Assembly: GCA_964603995.1 (NCBI GenBank)
Contig: CAZRXH010000003.1
Span: 4,037-67,894, forward strand
Reading direction: 5' to 3'
Source: an uncultured Bacteroidota bacterium
Lineage (GTDB): Bacteria > Bacteroidota > Ignavibacteria > Kryptoniales > JAKASW01
DNA length: 63,858 nt
Each line of letters starts with the position of its first letter. Position 1 is the stretch's first letter. The notes beneath the pieces were generated by a model. It was not told the origin of the DNA and made no database searches. It was given only the letters and a program-made list of their open reading frames with translations. Positions 38,684 through 48,924 of this stretch are shown here, one piece after another. Made by a program: the position numbers and the translations under genes.

Positions 38684-40297
38684 ATGAAGTTGTTTAAGAG
38701 CAAGCTATCCACCGCAGCTGCAATTCTGCTGATGGCGATCGGTATTTTGATCGGCACTCAGATACAGAACGTGTTCAGCGGTGACAACATATATGAGCAG
38801 ATAGAGAAATTCAAAGATGTTCTGAGCCTGGCGGACAAATATTACGTCGACAACGTCGATACTCAGAAACTCGTCGATGCCGCTATCAACGGTCTCCTTG
38901 GCCAGCTCGACCCTCATTCAGTCTATATTCCAGCCAAGGAAGTTCGCCAGATATCCGAAGATTTTCGAGGATCATTTGATGGTGTCGGAATAGAATATGA
39001 CGTGGTGAACGATACCCTTCTGGTTGTCTCACCGATTGCGGGCGGTCCCAGCGAAATGGTAGGGATCCAGGCGGGCGACAAAATAATCGCTATCGATGGC
39101 AAGTCTGCGATTGGGATCACTCGCGACGAGGTTCAGAAAAAGCTTCGCGGCCCGAAGGGTACGAAGGTCACCGTCACGGTGGTCCGCGCTGGCGTCGACA
39201 AACCGCTCGAGTTTGAAATTACCCGCGACAAGATCCCTCTCTATTCGGTGACGGCAGCGTTCATGGTGAACAAGGAGGTCGGGTATGTCTATGTCAACAG
39301 GTTTGCTCAGACGACGGGTAAGGAACTCGAAGAAGCTCTGACGAAGCTTAAGGGAGAGGGGATGAAGGAGCTTGTGCTGGATCTGCGTGACAATCCGGGC
39401 GGGCTTCTCGACCAGGCCGTGAGCGTCGCCAGCGAGTTCATACCGCAGGGCAAGACGATAGTCTACACGAAGGGGCGCATTCCGGAAGCGAATGAATACT
39501 TCACATCGACTGGCGGGAACTACAACAAGTTGCCTCTCATTGTACTCGTCAACGGCGGCTCTGCGTCCGCAAGCGAAATTGTCAGCGGCGCCTTGCAGGA
39601 CCTTGACAGAGGCCTGATTGTCGGCGAGACAACCTTCGGCAAGGGTCTCGTGCAGAGACAGTTCAGTCTTGATGATGGCTCGGCGGTCAGGATCACAATC
39701 GCACGATACTACACTCCGAGTGGTCGTTTGATACAGCGTCCGTACGGGAAGAACCGGACGCAGTATTTCATGGCACCGGAGGAGATCGATAGCAGCGAGA
39801 AATCCGGCGCGAATCTTCAGCACACTCTTGAGAGCGATTCGGGGAAGCCTGTCTTCGAAACTGCGGACGGGAGGAAGGTCTATGGTGGCGGAGGAATAAC
39901 TCCTGATTACGTTGTCAAGATGGGCAAAGTCCCCAGTTTTGTTTATCAGTTTCAGGTGAAGAGAATTTTCCTTGAATACGTCGACAATCATATCAGCCAG
40001 CATCAGGACCAGTTGCGGAAAGAGTATGGAAACTCGGAAAAATTCAACGAAGAGTTCCAGGTCACTGGCAAGATGCTTGATGATATGTATTCCCGAGCGG
40101 AAAAGGCGGGCGTGAAGATCACCAAAGACGAGTACGAGAAAAATACCAAGTATGTCGCTATGCTCCTTAAGGCGCAGATCGCCCGCAATATATGGGGAAA
40201 CGACGGCTGGTACAGAGTGGTCCTGAATCTTGACAACCAATTCCAGAAGGCCTTGACCCTTTTTCCGGAAGCCAAGCAAATAGCCGGACTCGAGTAG
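38684..40297 (+). CDS. ctpA: S41 carboxyl-terminal processing peptidase
   Basis: PDZ segment (GIQAGDKIIAIDG), LDLRDNPGG, GGSASASEIVSGALQD and TFGKG motifs. Confidence 0.9.
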   Translation: MKLFKSKLSTAAAILLMAIGILIGTQIQNVFSGDNIYEQIEKFKDVLSLADKYYVDNVDTQKLVDAAINGLLGQLDPHSVYIPAKEVRQISEDFRGSFDGVGIEYDVVNDTLLVVSPIAGGPSEMVGIQAGDKIIAIDGKSAIGITRDEVQKKLRGPKGTKVTVTVVRAGVDKPLEFEITRDKIPLYSVTAAFMVNKEVGYVYVNRFAQTTGKELEEALTKLKGEGMKELVLDLRDNPGGLLDQAVSVASEFIPQGKTIVYTKGRIPEANEYFTSTGGNYNKLPLIVLVNGGSASASEIVSGALQDLDRGLIVGETTFGKGLVQRQFSLDDGSAVRITIARYYTPSGRLIQRPYGKNRTQYFMAPEEIDSSEKSGANLQHTLESDSGKPVFETADGRKVYGGGGITPDYVVKMGKVPSFVYQFQVKRIFLEYVDNHISQHQDQLRKEYGNSEKFNEEFQVTGKMLDDMYSRAEKAGVKITKDEYEKNTKYVAMLLKAQIARNIWGNDGWYRVVLNLDNQFQKALTLFPEAKQIAGLE

Positions 40298-40691
40298 CAG
40301 ATCCTATGTGAAGATTGAGCTGTCAGGAGTGCTCTCACAGAGCTACCCCCGCCTGGCCGGTTCTCCGGACTCGCCAATGCGGGGAGCACCTGCCCTTCAT
40401 CGTCGCAGCAATGTCAAATGTCCGGCATCTTTTCGAGATTAGCCGAAACATTCCGTAGCTCCTTCTGCGCCTGAGAAAGGAAGGGTAAATCCAGAGTTAG
40501 TAATCTGTCGGCATTATGAAGTGAACGATATCTGTAAATATCTTACACTATACTGCGACGTTCCCGATCGACAACTAGTCCATCGGAACGCAGCACATTG
40601 CTTGTAAAATTTAAACGAAAGTGCAGTATCCGGCTTTCGCAGTCGGTTCGAGTGCAGGCGTTCATCTCCTGTACGGCACAGGGAAGACATC

Positions 40692-41588
40692 ATGAGCATT
40701 GGCATAAAGAAACTTGGAAAAAGAATCATCAAGATCACAGCGACGGTTGCCGCAGCGATCACAATTTTGCTGCTTGTTCTGAGAAGCGTCTACGCGATCT
40801 CTATATTCAACGGCCTGTCAGCCGGTATGCAGGACTCCGGGTGGACTCAGTCGGGTGGCGATTCGGTGATGCAGAGCGGCGAACAACTGACGTTCGAGGC
40901 GAGTTATCTATTCTTCAAAATCGGGTCGGTGAAGATGCAGGTTCTCGGGAAGACGGTCTACGATGGCGTGCCGGCTTACCACGTCAGAGCCAACATAGAT
41001 TCGTACAGCGGAATACCATTTGTCAACCTTCACGCGGTCTACGACACTTATCAGGACGCCAGGACATTCATGTGTCTTTTCACTTCAAACTCGCAAAAAG
41101 ACGGCAAAGACTTCCTGTACACGGCATACCATTTCGACTTCGGAAAGAAAATCATGGATTGGCAGTTCAGCAGGAACGGGAAGTTGGTCGATGACGTGAA
41201 GATTCCGCTGGACAAGAGCTACACGGATGGTTTAAGTTTCTTCTACTACCTGCGCGATGCCTGCCGGAAGGCGAATGGGGCTAGAACCACGATGTCTGTT
41301 CCAATCGTCATCGATACCATCCGTTCGAAGATTGAATTGACGATAAACGAGAAGGAAGAGAACTGCGATGTCACGGCCTACAAGTATCCACTGAAGGCTT
41401 ACAAGCTTTCCGGCCATATGAATTTCACCGGATTCTTCGGAGTCACAGGAGATTTCAAAGGCTGGGTGAGCGCAGACCGCGCCGAGGTTCCTCTCAAAGC
41501 AAACGTGAGCGTGATCATCGGCAGCGTGGTCGTCAGTTTGAAGGACGCGGGCCGAACTGGATGGGTACCTCCCAGGAGCTCCGACTGA
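40692..41588 (+). CDS. DUF3108-like protein
   Basis: N-terminal TM or signal segment. GEQLTFEASYLFFKIGSVKMQV...AYHVRANI resembles the DUF3108 beta-barrel pattern. Confidence 0.5.
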   Translation: MSIGIKKLGKRIIKITATVAAAITILLLVLRSVYAISIFNGLSAGMQDSGWTQSGGDSVMQSGEQLTFEASYLFFKIGSVKMQVLGKTVYDGVPAYHVRANIDSYSGIPFVNLHAVYDTYQDARTFMCLFTSNSQKDGKDFLYTAYHFDFGKKIMDWQFSRNGKLVDDVKIPLDKSYTDGLSFFYYLRDACRKANGARTTMSVPIVIDTIRSKIELTINEKEENCDVTAYKYPLKAYKLSGHMNFTGFFGVTGDFKGWVSADRAEVPLKANVSVIIGSVVVSLKDAGRTGWVPPRSSD

Positions 41589-42106
41589 TGCTTGTTGAGT
41601 ACCTGGGAAAAGTGCCGAGACTCGATGAGAGCGTCTTCGTGGCCGACGGGGTACAGGTTATAGGCGACGTCACTATCAGCAGGGATTCGAGTCTCTGGTT
41701 CAACACCGTCGTTCGCGGGGATGTGAACTACATAAGGATTGGCGAACGGACGAACGTCCAGGACAATAGTGTGATACACGTTACGTACGAAAAATTTCCG
41801 ACTTTGGTAGCTTCTAACGTTACCATAGGACACGCCGCGGTAATTCATGGTTGCACGATCGGCGATTTCTGCCTTATAGGGATGGGTGCTGTGCTCCTTG
41901 ATGGATGCAGGATTGGAGAACACAGCCTCGTGGCCGCCGGTTCACTGGTCAAGGAAGGTTTTACGGTTCCAGCGGGAAAGCTAGTAGCGGGCGTGCCGGC
42001 AAAGATCGTCCGGGAACTGAGCAAGGAAGAGTTGAAGCGGTTGGAAGAATCAGCGCAGCATTACGTGGACTACGTTTCGAATTACCGAAGGCGTTCATCT
42101 TCTTGA
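41588..42106 (+). CDS. gamma-class carbonic anhydrase family / left-handed beta-helix protein (YrdA/PaaY-like)
   Basis: FVADGVQVIGDVTI....S.WFN.VVRGDVN.IRIGERTNVQDNSVIH. The ATG at 41588 overlaps the upstream stop (TGATG). Confidence 0.85.
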   Translation: MLVEYLGKVPRLDESVFVADGVQVIGDVTISRDSSLWFNTVVRGDVNYIRIGERTNVQDNSVIHVTYEKFPTLVASNVTIGHAAVIHGCTIGDFCLIGMGAVLLDGCRIGEHSLVAAGSLVKEGFTVPAGKLVAGVPAKIVRELSKEELKRLEESAQHYVDYVSNYRRRSSS

Positions 42107-42139
42107 AACAGCAAAAGGATCCTGAAGAAAGGAAACCGG

Positions 42140-43036
42140 GTGAAGGTCAAATTCTGGGGAGTTCGAGGCTCGATCGCCACGCCGGGTAAGTCCACCGTAC
42201 GATACGGGGGAAATACGTCGTGCACGGAGGTCCATCTTGATGACGGTAATCTGATCATACTTGATGCGGGTACGGGAATCAGGAATCTTGGAAACAAGTT
42301 AGTCGAGAAAAACAGGCGGGTAAGAGCATACATTCTCATCACGCATCCACATTGGGATCACATTCAGGGGTTTCCGTTTTTCAAGCCTGCATTCGTAGAG
42401 GGGAATGAGATAACGATCGCTGGCCCCGAGCCAAGGGGCGTCTCGCTGTCGAAGTTGATTTCAGAGCAGATGAACAAAGTGTATTTCCCGGTCAAGCTTT
42501 CTGAACTCCAGGCACAGATCAACTTCATGCCATTGAAGGAGGGCAAGTTCAGAGTATTCGATGCTCGCGTGCAGTCCTTCTTCGTCAATCACCCGGGGTT
42601 TACACTTGGTTACAGGATAAGTTTCAACAACAAGACGCTTGTTTATATAAGCGACAGCGAACCGTATTCAAGGGAGTCAGCTCTGCTTTTCACGAACAGC
42701 GAGCCTGATGTTATGAGACTTTTTGAGAACTACGACGGGGACCCCAACAACCGCGTGATAGATTTCATCGAGGGAGCGGATGTGCTTATTCACGATTCGA
42801 CTTACACTCCGAAGCAATACAGTGAACACATCGGATGGGGACACTCGCACTACCTGTTTACGCTTCGCGTTGCCGCAGAAGCCAAGGTCAAGAAGCTCTG
42901 TCTTTTTCACTACGACCCTCTCCTTACTGATGACATCGTCGATGACGTTGTAAGGAAGTGCAGGAAGGAGATGAAGAAAATGAAATACTCCTTTGAGCTT
43001 TGTGCGGCAAGAGAAGGCGAAGAATTCCAGTTCTGA
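42140..43036 (+). CDS. MBL-fold metallo-hydrolase
   Basis: VKFWGVRGS...GGNTSC...ILDAGTG...ITHPHWDHIQGFPFF (HxHxDH). Confidence 0.85.
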   Translation: MKVKFWGVRGSIATPGKSTVRYGGNTSCTEVHLDDGNLIILDAGTGIRNLGNKLVEKNRRVRAYILITHPHWDHIQGFPFFKPAFVEGNEITIAGPEPRGVSLSKLISEQMNKVYFPVKLSELQAQINFMPLKEGKFRVFDARVQSFFVNHPGFTLGYRISFNNKTLVYISDSEPYSRESALLFTNSEPDVMRLFENYDGDPNNRVIDFIEGADVLIHDSTYTPKQYSEHIGWGHSHYLFTLRVAAEAKVKKLCLFHYDPLLTDDIVDDVVRKCRKEMKKMKYSFELCAAREGEEFQF

Positions 43037-43044
43037 TGAAGATT

Positions 43045-43075
43045 ACTGCGGCCCACCTCGAAGGTGAGTCGCAGT
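43045..43075 (+). terminator. interrupted hairpin downstream of the MBL gene (weak terminator candidate)
   Basis: ACTGCG-GCC-CACC-TCGAA-GGTG-AGT-CGCAGT, read directly. No T-tract follows. Confidence 0.3.
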
Positions 43076-43088
43076 CTCCAAATTGATC

Positions 43089-43104
43089 CTTGAATCTTGA
43101 ATCT
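43089..43104. repeat. tandem CTTGAAT x2.3
   Basis: CTTGAATCTTGAATCT, read directly, in the spacer upstream of the 1052-aa ORF. Confidence 0.6.
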
Positions 43105-43147
43105 CGTCAAAATCATTGGTATGTTCTTCGTGTAAGGGAGCTCGTGC

Positions 43148-46100
43148 ATGAATAGGCTGTCATTTCTGGGCGTGCTGCTTTTTGTGGGAACGGTGTATGC
43201 CCAAGTCGACGAATTTGGCAAGAACAAAGTCCAATACAACGACTTCGAGTGGTATTTCATCCAATCGAAGCATTTCGATGTCTACTTCTATCCACAGGAA
43301 TACTATCTAGCTGAGTTTACGGCTCAGACCGCCGAGGCTGCTTATACTTCGATCAGCTTCCATTTTCACTACGACATCACCAACCGGATACCCATTGTTA
43401 TCTACGATTCCCACAATGACTGGCAGCAAACAAATGTAATCTCCGAATATCTCGAAGAGGGCGTCGGAGGTGTGACCGAGATGTTCAAGAACCGCGTAGT
43501 TGTCCCCTTCGAAGGCTCTTACAAGATGCTCCGCCATGTGATCCATCACGAGCTTGTGCACGCCGTGATTAACGATATGTACTATGGTGGTTCAATCCAA
43601 TCGATGATAGCGAACAACATCACGCTTCAGCTTCCGATGTGGTTCAACGAAGGGCTTGCTGAGTACGAATCGCTCGGATGGGATGCGAATTCCGATATGT
43701 TCATGCTCGACGCGACGGTGAACGAATACCTTGTCCCGATCGACGATCTCCAGGGCTACTTTGCTTATCGCGGTGGACAATCTGTGTGGTACTATATTGC
43801 CAATAAGTACGGCGATGAGAAAGTCGGCGAGATTCTCGGAAGAATAAGAACCACACGGAGCGTGGAACAGGGATTCAAGAGCGCTCTCGGCATAGGCATC
43901 AAGGAACTATCCAAACGCTGGACACATGAACAGAAGGTGATATACTGGCCTGAGATTGCGATCCGAAAACGTCCGGAGGATTTCGCGAAGCGTCTCACCG
44001 ATCACAAGGATATTGGAAACTTCTATAATACCAGTCCCGCAATTTCTCCGCAGGGGGACAAGATAGCCTGCATATCCGACCGCGGCGATTATTTGAGCAT
44101 ATATCTGATAAACGCCAACGACGGCAAAGTGATGAAGAAACTTGTCGACGGGCAAACGACAAAGAATTTCGAGGAACTTCACCTGCTTACTCCAGGACTT
44201 ACCTGGTCGCCCGACGGTAAGAAGGTTGCGATCGCAGTCAAAAGCGGCGCCCATGATGCTATATTTATGATCGACATTCTGACCGACAAGATGGAGAAGA
44301 TCGAATTCGCTCAACTGAAGGGAGTGTTTTCTGTCTCATGGTCCCCGGAAGGGGACAGGCTTGCCTTCGTCGGAGAGAAAGGCCCTCAATCCGATATTTA
44401 CATATATGACCTTCGGAATCGAAGCCTCTCGAATCTGACCGATGATCTGTTCAGCGATTCCGATCCATCATGGTCGCCGGACGGGAAGACAATATACTTC
44501 GCAAGCGACCGCGCTGATTATCTCGACAAGGGGCGGGTACAAAAGGGCTTTCTCATGTGGAACCATAATTTCAATCAGTCGCATTTGTACTCCATTTCCG
44601 TTGCATCGGGGATGATCGGGCGCTTGCCGGGCGGCGACTCTGGCGAGGAGTCTTATCCTGTACCGGCTCCCGACGGGAAGCATCTCTATTATATATCCGA
44701 CAAAAGTGGTGTGGCGAATCTCTATTACCTGAACCTTGAGACAGGAAATAGCAGGCCGGTGTCCAATTCCATAAGCGGCATATACCAGCTCTCCATCTCA
44801 AGTGACGGATCGCGGCTTGCCTTCTCGAGCCTCGAGAACGGCGGGTTCGATATCTTCGTGCTGAAGACTCCGGTTGACCATCTGTTGGATAACAGTGAAG
44901 TCCCGCCGACAGTGTTCGTGAAGCAGAAAATGTTGGAGCTTGCCGCAGCTTCAAAGTCAAAGCCTGTGATTCCGGCGAAGGAGGTCGTCATCGATTCCGT
45001 CAAGGCGGCGGACTCGACACAGGTCAAGGATCTGTACGGTAAGGATATCCAGGTAGATCTGAGTAACTACGTCTTCGGGACAACTAAGCCGGTCACGGAC
45101 ACGTTGTTCAAGGCACCGAACTTCAATGAGAATTTCAATGTCAGAGACAACGTCGACAGCTCGGGCAATTTCATTGCACAGAAATACAGAGTCAATTTCA
45201 CGCCTGACATCATCTATGGGAATGCCGGCTACAATACATTCTTCGGCGTACAGGGAAGCACAATAATGGCGTTCAGCGATATGCTCGGTGACCATCAACT
45301 GTTTCTTCTGACAGATCTTGTCGTCGATCTGAAGAACAGCGATTTTGCATTCGGCTATTTCTATCTTCCTTCGCGCACGAACTATTCGATTGTAGGTTCA
45401 CACGTTGCGCGATTCCTCTATCTCCAATCATCATTATCGGGCTTCTATGATCTCTACCGTTTCCAAAGCTACGGAATCTCGCTCGCGGCAGAGTACCCGC
45501 TGGATAGATATAACAGAGTCGAAGGCGGGTTGAACTGGCTCAGCCTGACTCGCGAAAACCTCACCGATAGCCGGGAGCCAAATCAGAACAGGACACTCTT
45601 CGTCCCGTCAGTTCGATATGTGCACGACAATTCTTTCTTCGGGTATATCGCGCCCATAAACGGCTCGAGATATTATGGATATCTTTATGGAACGCCAAAG
45701 ACGGGGTCGCAGGGAATCAGTTTCCTCACAGGTATAATCGACTACCGAAGTTACACAAGGCTCTTTGGCACGTTCTACACTTTCGCGTGGAGAGCCTTTG
45801 CGGGGACATCGGTAGGTTCTAATCCTCAGAAGTTCTTCATCGGTGGAACCGAGAACTGGATCAACGTCAAGTTTGACGGCGACTTTCTCCCGATCAGGAA
45901 CGCCGAGGATTTGGAGTTCCTGACGCCTGTCGTCCCGATGCGAGGTTACGATTATAACGCGAAGTTTGGCAACAACTTCGCACTGCTGAACATGGAGTTT
46001 AGATTTCCGATGCTCGGTTTCCTTGCGGCAGGCCCTATCCCTCTCTTCCAGACTTTCTTCGGCACCGCATTTATGGATGTTGGCTCGGCGTGGGGATGGG

Positions 46101-46306
46101 ACTGGAATGACAGGTATGTGAAGTTTCAGGCCTTTGAGCGAGATTCCGTAGGGAGACTCAAGACACGGGATTTGCTGGTAGGTACCGGCGTCGGCACGAG
46201 AATGGTCTTACTCTACTTCCTGGTTCGGCTCGACATTGCATGGAGCTACAACCTGGAGGGTTTCTCGCGTCCGAAGTACTATTTCTCTTTAGGATACGAT
46301 TTTTAG
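43148..46306 (+). CDS. large outer-membrane protein: HExxH peptidase-like N-domain, PD40/TolB-type beta-propeller and Omp85 (surface antigen D15) beta-barrel
   Basis: Signal peptide LGVLLFVGTVYAQ. HELVH at 43547-43561. At least six PD40-like repeats (SWSPDGK, SWSPEGDRLAF, PAPDGKHLYY...). C-terminal GTGVGTRM...LDIAWSYN...YYFSLGYDF ends in an aromatic residue. Confidence 0.8.
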   Translation: MNRLSFLGVLLFVGTVYAQVDEFGKNKVQYNDFEWYFIQSKHFDVYFYPQEYYLAEFTAQTAEAAYTSISFHFHYDITNRIPIVIYDSHNDWQQTNVISEYLEEGVGGVTEMFKNRVVVPFEGSYKMLRHVIHHELVHAVINDMYYGGSIQSMIANNITLQLPMWFNEGLAEYESLGWDANSDMFMLDATVNEYLVPIDDLQGYFAYRGGQSVWYYIANKYGDEKVGEILGRIRTTRSVEQGFKSALGIGIKELSKRWTHEQKVIYWPEIAIRKRPEDFAKRLTDHKDIGNFYNTSPAISPQGDKIACISDRGDYLSIYLINANDGKVMKKLVDGQTTKNFEELHLLTPGLTWSPDGKKVAIAVKSGAHDAIFMIDILTDKMEKIEFAQLKGVFSVSWSPEGDRLAFVGEKGPQSDIYIYDLRNRSLSNLTDDLFSDSDPSWSPDGKTIYFASDRADYLDKGRVQKGFLMWNHNFNQSHLYSISVASGMIGRLPGGDSGEESYPVPAPDGKHLYYISDKSGVANLYYLNLETGNSRPVSNSISGIYQLSISSDGSRLAFSSLENGGFDIFVLKTPVDHLLDNSEVPPTVFVKQKMLELAAASKSKPVIPAKEVVIDSVKAADSTQVKDLYGKDIQVDLSNYVFGTTKPVTDTLFKAPNFNENFNVRDNVDSSGNFIAQKYRVNFTPDIIYGNAGYNTFFGVQGSTIMAFSDMLGDHQLFLLTDLVVDLKNSDFAFGYFYLPSRTNYSIVGSHVARFLYLQSSLSGFYDLYRFQSYGISLAAEYPLDRYNRVEGGLNWLSLTRENLTDSREPNQNRTLFVPSVRYVHDNSFFGYIAPINGSRYYGYLYGTPKTGSQGISFLTGIIDYRSYTRLFGTFYTFAWRAFAGTSVGSNPQKFFIGGTENWINVKFDGDFLPIRNAEDLEFLTPVVPMRGYDYNAKFGNNFALLNMEFRFPMLGFLAAGPIPLFQTFFGTAFMDVGSAWGWDWNDRYVKFQAFERDSVGRLKTRDLLVGTGVGTRMVLLYFLVRLDIAWSYNLEGFSRPKYYFSLGYDF

Positions 46307-46704
46307 CCCCTGTCCAATTATCATTTATTGATTGCCACAATGGAATATTCGGCGGGGCGCTGATTCCAACAGAAATTCTATCTGCAATCAGCTTGGCAAA
46401 ATTATTGGGAACGACACCGGCAGAGCACTCCCAAACCCTGCTCGAATCATCATGGCTCTCTCCCGAAGGCCATAGGTTCCAAGACCCCGAGATACACCTC
46501 CTCCATGGCGCAATGCACATCGTGAGGCGTCCCATCTTATCGCCAGAGAACAGAAGCCGTATGCAAGTCATTTCCTGCAAGGGCCTGAAGATTCTGCTGT
46601 TTCTTCCGATATAAATGTACATGTGATTCGCCTCGTGAAGAGGTGGGGGATCACGTTGGACACAATCAAATTCAAGAAACTTAGAGATTTTCGGAGGAAA
46701 TAAG

Positions 46705-47109
46705 ATGGCTGCACAGACTGTCATGGACAACGAGTTTGCAACCGTGTGGTTTCACCCTGAGAAGAAGATAGTTCACCACATGATAAAGAAATTCGTTTCC
46801 GGAAAAGATCTCAGAGATGTGCTGGATAAAGGCTACGAAGTTTTGAAGAGGAACGCGGGGCACGCATGGCTTTCGGATGATAGGAATAACGGGGCTCTCA
46901 CAAGTGCGGACGAGCAGTGGGCGAAGACCGACTGGTTTCCACGCGTCGTGAGTGCCGGTTGGAAATATTGGGCTATCGTGATGCCGGAAAAAGTCATCGG
47001 GCAGCTGAACATGAAGAGATTTGTGAACGATTATGCAGTCGCCGGAATCACTGCGAAGGTGTTCTCCGATCCGAATGAAGCCCTCAAGTGGCTTGAAAGC
47101 CAGCAATAG
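46705..47109 (+). CDS. hypothetical small protein (possibly SpoIIAA/STAS-like fold)
   Basis: 134-aa ORF with GGAGG 8 nt upstream. The pattern WLSDDRNNG...W....W.P.....GWKYWAIVMP recalls STAS/DUF3478-type proteins. Weak, memory-based call. Confidence 0.45.
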   Translation: MAAQTVMDNEFATVWFHPEKKIVHHMIKKFVSGKDLRDVLDKGYEVLKRNAGHAWLSDDRNNGALTSADEQWAKTDWFPRVVSAGWKYWAIVMPEKVIGQLNMKRFVNDYAVAGITAKVFSDPNEALKWLESQQ

Positions 47110-47346
47110 GGTCGATCCTATCTTAATGAGCGACCTCTGCCAGGGTGTCCCGTTTCCATAGCGATGTGTCTCGCTGACCTACGCTGCTCAGCGGGATATT
47201 CCAGGTTGTTCGACTAAAGAAGGGTTACTGCGCCTTCGCGTTGTGTCCCTCACTTCAGGTGTGAAATCGTGAAAGGCATAGCTGGCATGGCCATGATTGT
47301 CGATTCGTAGTGTCGGTTTAGAATTGTTGTTTGAGTGGATCGCCTA

Positions 47347-48924
47347 TCAACCTCCCGTTGTATCAACCGAATCGACATCAAACTCCTTCCCCTTGGGTCT
47401 CAGGCTGTTATACATCTGTTTGAGTGCGTCGTAAGCGCTTTGGCTTCCGCGCTGTGCACAGTCCCTGTATAGCGTCACGGCTTGAGGGGTGTCCTGAGCA
47501 ACGCCCACTCCGTGTTCGTAGCAGTATCCAAGCGCAAGTTGTGCAATCATGGACCCGTCGCCGGCACCGTCCGTCAGTGTACGAACAGTGTCGGTAAGTG
47601 ATGTATCGGCTCTGCCGCTGTCCGCGATTACTGCCGCAGCCGCGAGTCTTAACTCGGCATCACGGCTTCCATCTTCCGCTGCACGCCGCCAGTATTTTGC
47701 TCCTATGGCGGGATTACGTGCAGTCCACTGTCCGGTGTAATAGCAACGGCCAAGCTCGATCAGCGATGGGATATTGTCATGGTTCGCGGCAACTTCCAGA
47801 AGGTGGAAGGCCTGTTCGTCAAGGAGGCGGTTATCCAGACCAAGCTCGGTCAATCCTGCCCAGACGAATGCGGCGTCGTAGTCGCCGTTCTTCGCCCTTG
47901 TCTCCACTTCCTTTGCAAAGCCCTTCTCGCGCACGACCCGGAGAAGGAGAGAGAGCCCTCGTCTTGAGTCCATGCGAGCGGCACGAAGATATTGCTCTGC
48001 GGCAAGAATCCTGTCCCGTGGGACGCCTGTTCCTTTTTCATAGCAGCGTCCGAGAACAGCGAGCGCTTCAGGGCTTCCGACATCTGCGGCAGACTCTATC
48101 ACACTCATTGCAGTTGTATCTCTTGTCCCTCCGTTCTCGAATATCTTCGATATGCCGAGTGCCTTTCTGAATTTCTCGCCGCCTTCACGAAAAGCTTCAT
48201 TGAGGAGCGTCAGATCGTTGACGTTCGATGTAGTGTCCGGCCCGAGGTCCAGGTAAAGCGGTTTGATCGACTGAACTTCTTCGTCTGCGGAGGTATCGTG
48301 TGCCGCCACCTGTGCTCTCGTGCTGTCGTCAGCATTGAAAATCCCCCTCCTGATGAATTCGTCAATTACTTTCTTTGCCGGTTCGTACTTTGCCTTTTCT
48401 GCCAGGCTCAGCCAGTGGTACGCCTTCGTCAGGTCCCTCGGCACGACGAGGTTATCGACATAGAAGAGGCCGTATGCGAACTCTCCTTCGGGGAGACTGT
48501 CCTTCGCCGCTGCTTTGAATCGCTCGTAGGCTTTGAATGGATTCCACTGGACGCCCCAGCCATTGTTGAGGAATACTCCTAGGTTGTATTGCGCGATCGG
48601 CATGTTCTGATCCGCTGCTCTCTCGATCCAGTAGGCAGCCTTCACTGTATCCGTGCGAAATCCCTTGCCGAGAAAATAGCGGAATCCGAGCTCCTGCTGC
48701 GCTGCCGGGTCGCCCTCATTTGCACGCCGCACCAGCATAAGTCCCTGCCACAGCTGGTAGGCGACATCGGCGGGATGGATCAACTCTCCATGAGTCGGCG
48801 GCTTGTAGTCTTTAAAGACAGCGCTGTTCGGATGGTCCGGCTGAAGCTCCTGTCCATAAGTGAGAGGAGGATGAAAGAGAAGGACCAGTAATAACATAAG
48901 ATGACAGGGAAAACGGGATGCCAT
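47347..48924 (-). CDS. secreted Sel1-like repeat (SLR/TPR) protein
   Basis: Repeats of the type AQQELGFRYFLGKG...KAAYWIERAADQN..AQYNLGVF. The ATG at 48924 gives the signal-like LMLLLVLLF. Confidence 0.8.
   Translation of the reverse strand: MASRFPCHLMLLLVLLFHPPLTYGQELQPDHPNSAVFKDYKPPTHGELIHPADVAYQLWQGLMLVRRANEGDPAAQQELGFRYFLGKGFRTDTVKAAYWIERAADQNMPIAQYNLGVFLNNGWGVQWNPFKAYERFKAAAKDSLPEGEFAYGLFYVDNLVVPRDLTKAYHWLSLAEKAKYEPAKKVIDEFIRRGIFNADDSTRAQVAAHDTSADEEVQSIKPLYLDLGPDTTSNVNDLTLLNEAFREGGEKFRKALGISKIFENGGTRDTTAMSVIESAADVGSPEALAVLGRCYEKGTGVPRDRILAAEQYLRAARMDSRRGLSLLLRVVREKGFAKEVETRAKNGDYDAAFVWAGLTELGLDNRLLDEQAFHLLEVAANHDNIPSLIELGRCYYTGQWTARNPAIGAKYWRRAAEDGSRDAELRLAAAAVIADSGRADTSLTDTVRTLTDGAGDGSMIAQLALGYCYEHGVGVAQDTPQAVTLYRDCAQRGSQSAYDALKQMYNSLRPKGKEFDVDSVDTTGG

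Noticed and set aside
39029-40279. 416-aa ORF on the minus strand
   Set aside because: It is entirely antisense to the clearly identified S41 peptidase gene, and its translation is R/L/V-rich with no family features. It is a typical shadow ORF.
40298-40691. 394-bp spacer scanned for tRNA, tmRNA, SRP RNA or RNase P
   Set aside because: A GGTTCGAGT string at about 40648 lacks a complementary T-stem. There is no acceptor or anticodon architecture and no SRP GGAA/AGCAGC or RNase P AAAGUCC boxes. It was left as intergenic sequence and the promoter region of the DUF3108-like gene.
43089-43104. Possible CRISPR or tandem-repeat array
   Set aside because: There are only 2.3 copies of a 7-mer. The other repeated motifs in the window are 9-11 bp with two copies each. 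Nothing has CRISPR repeat length, spacer structure or cas genes.
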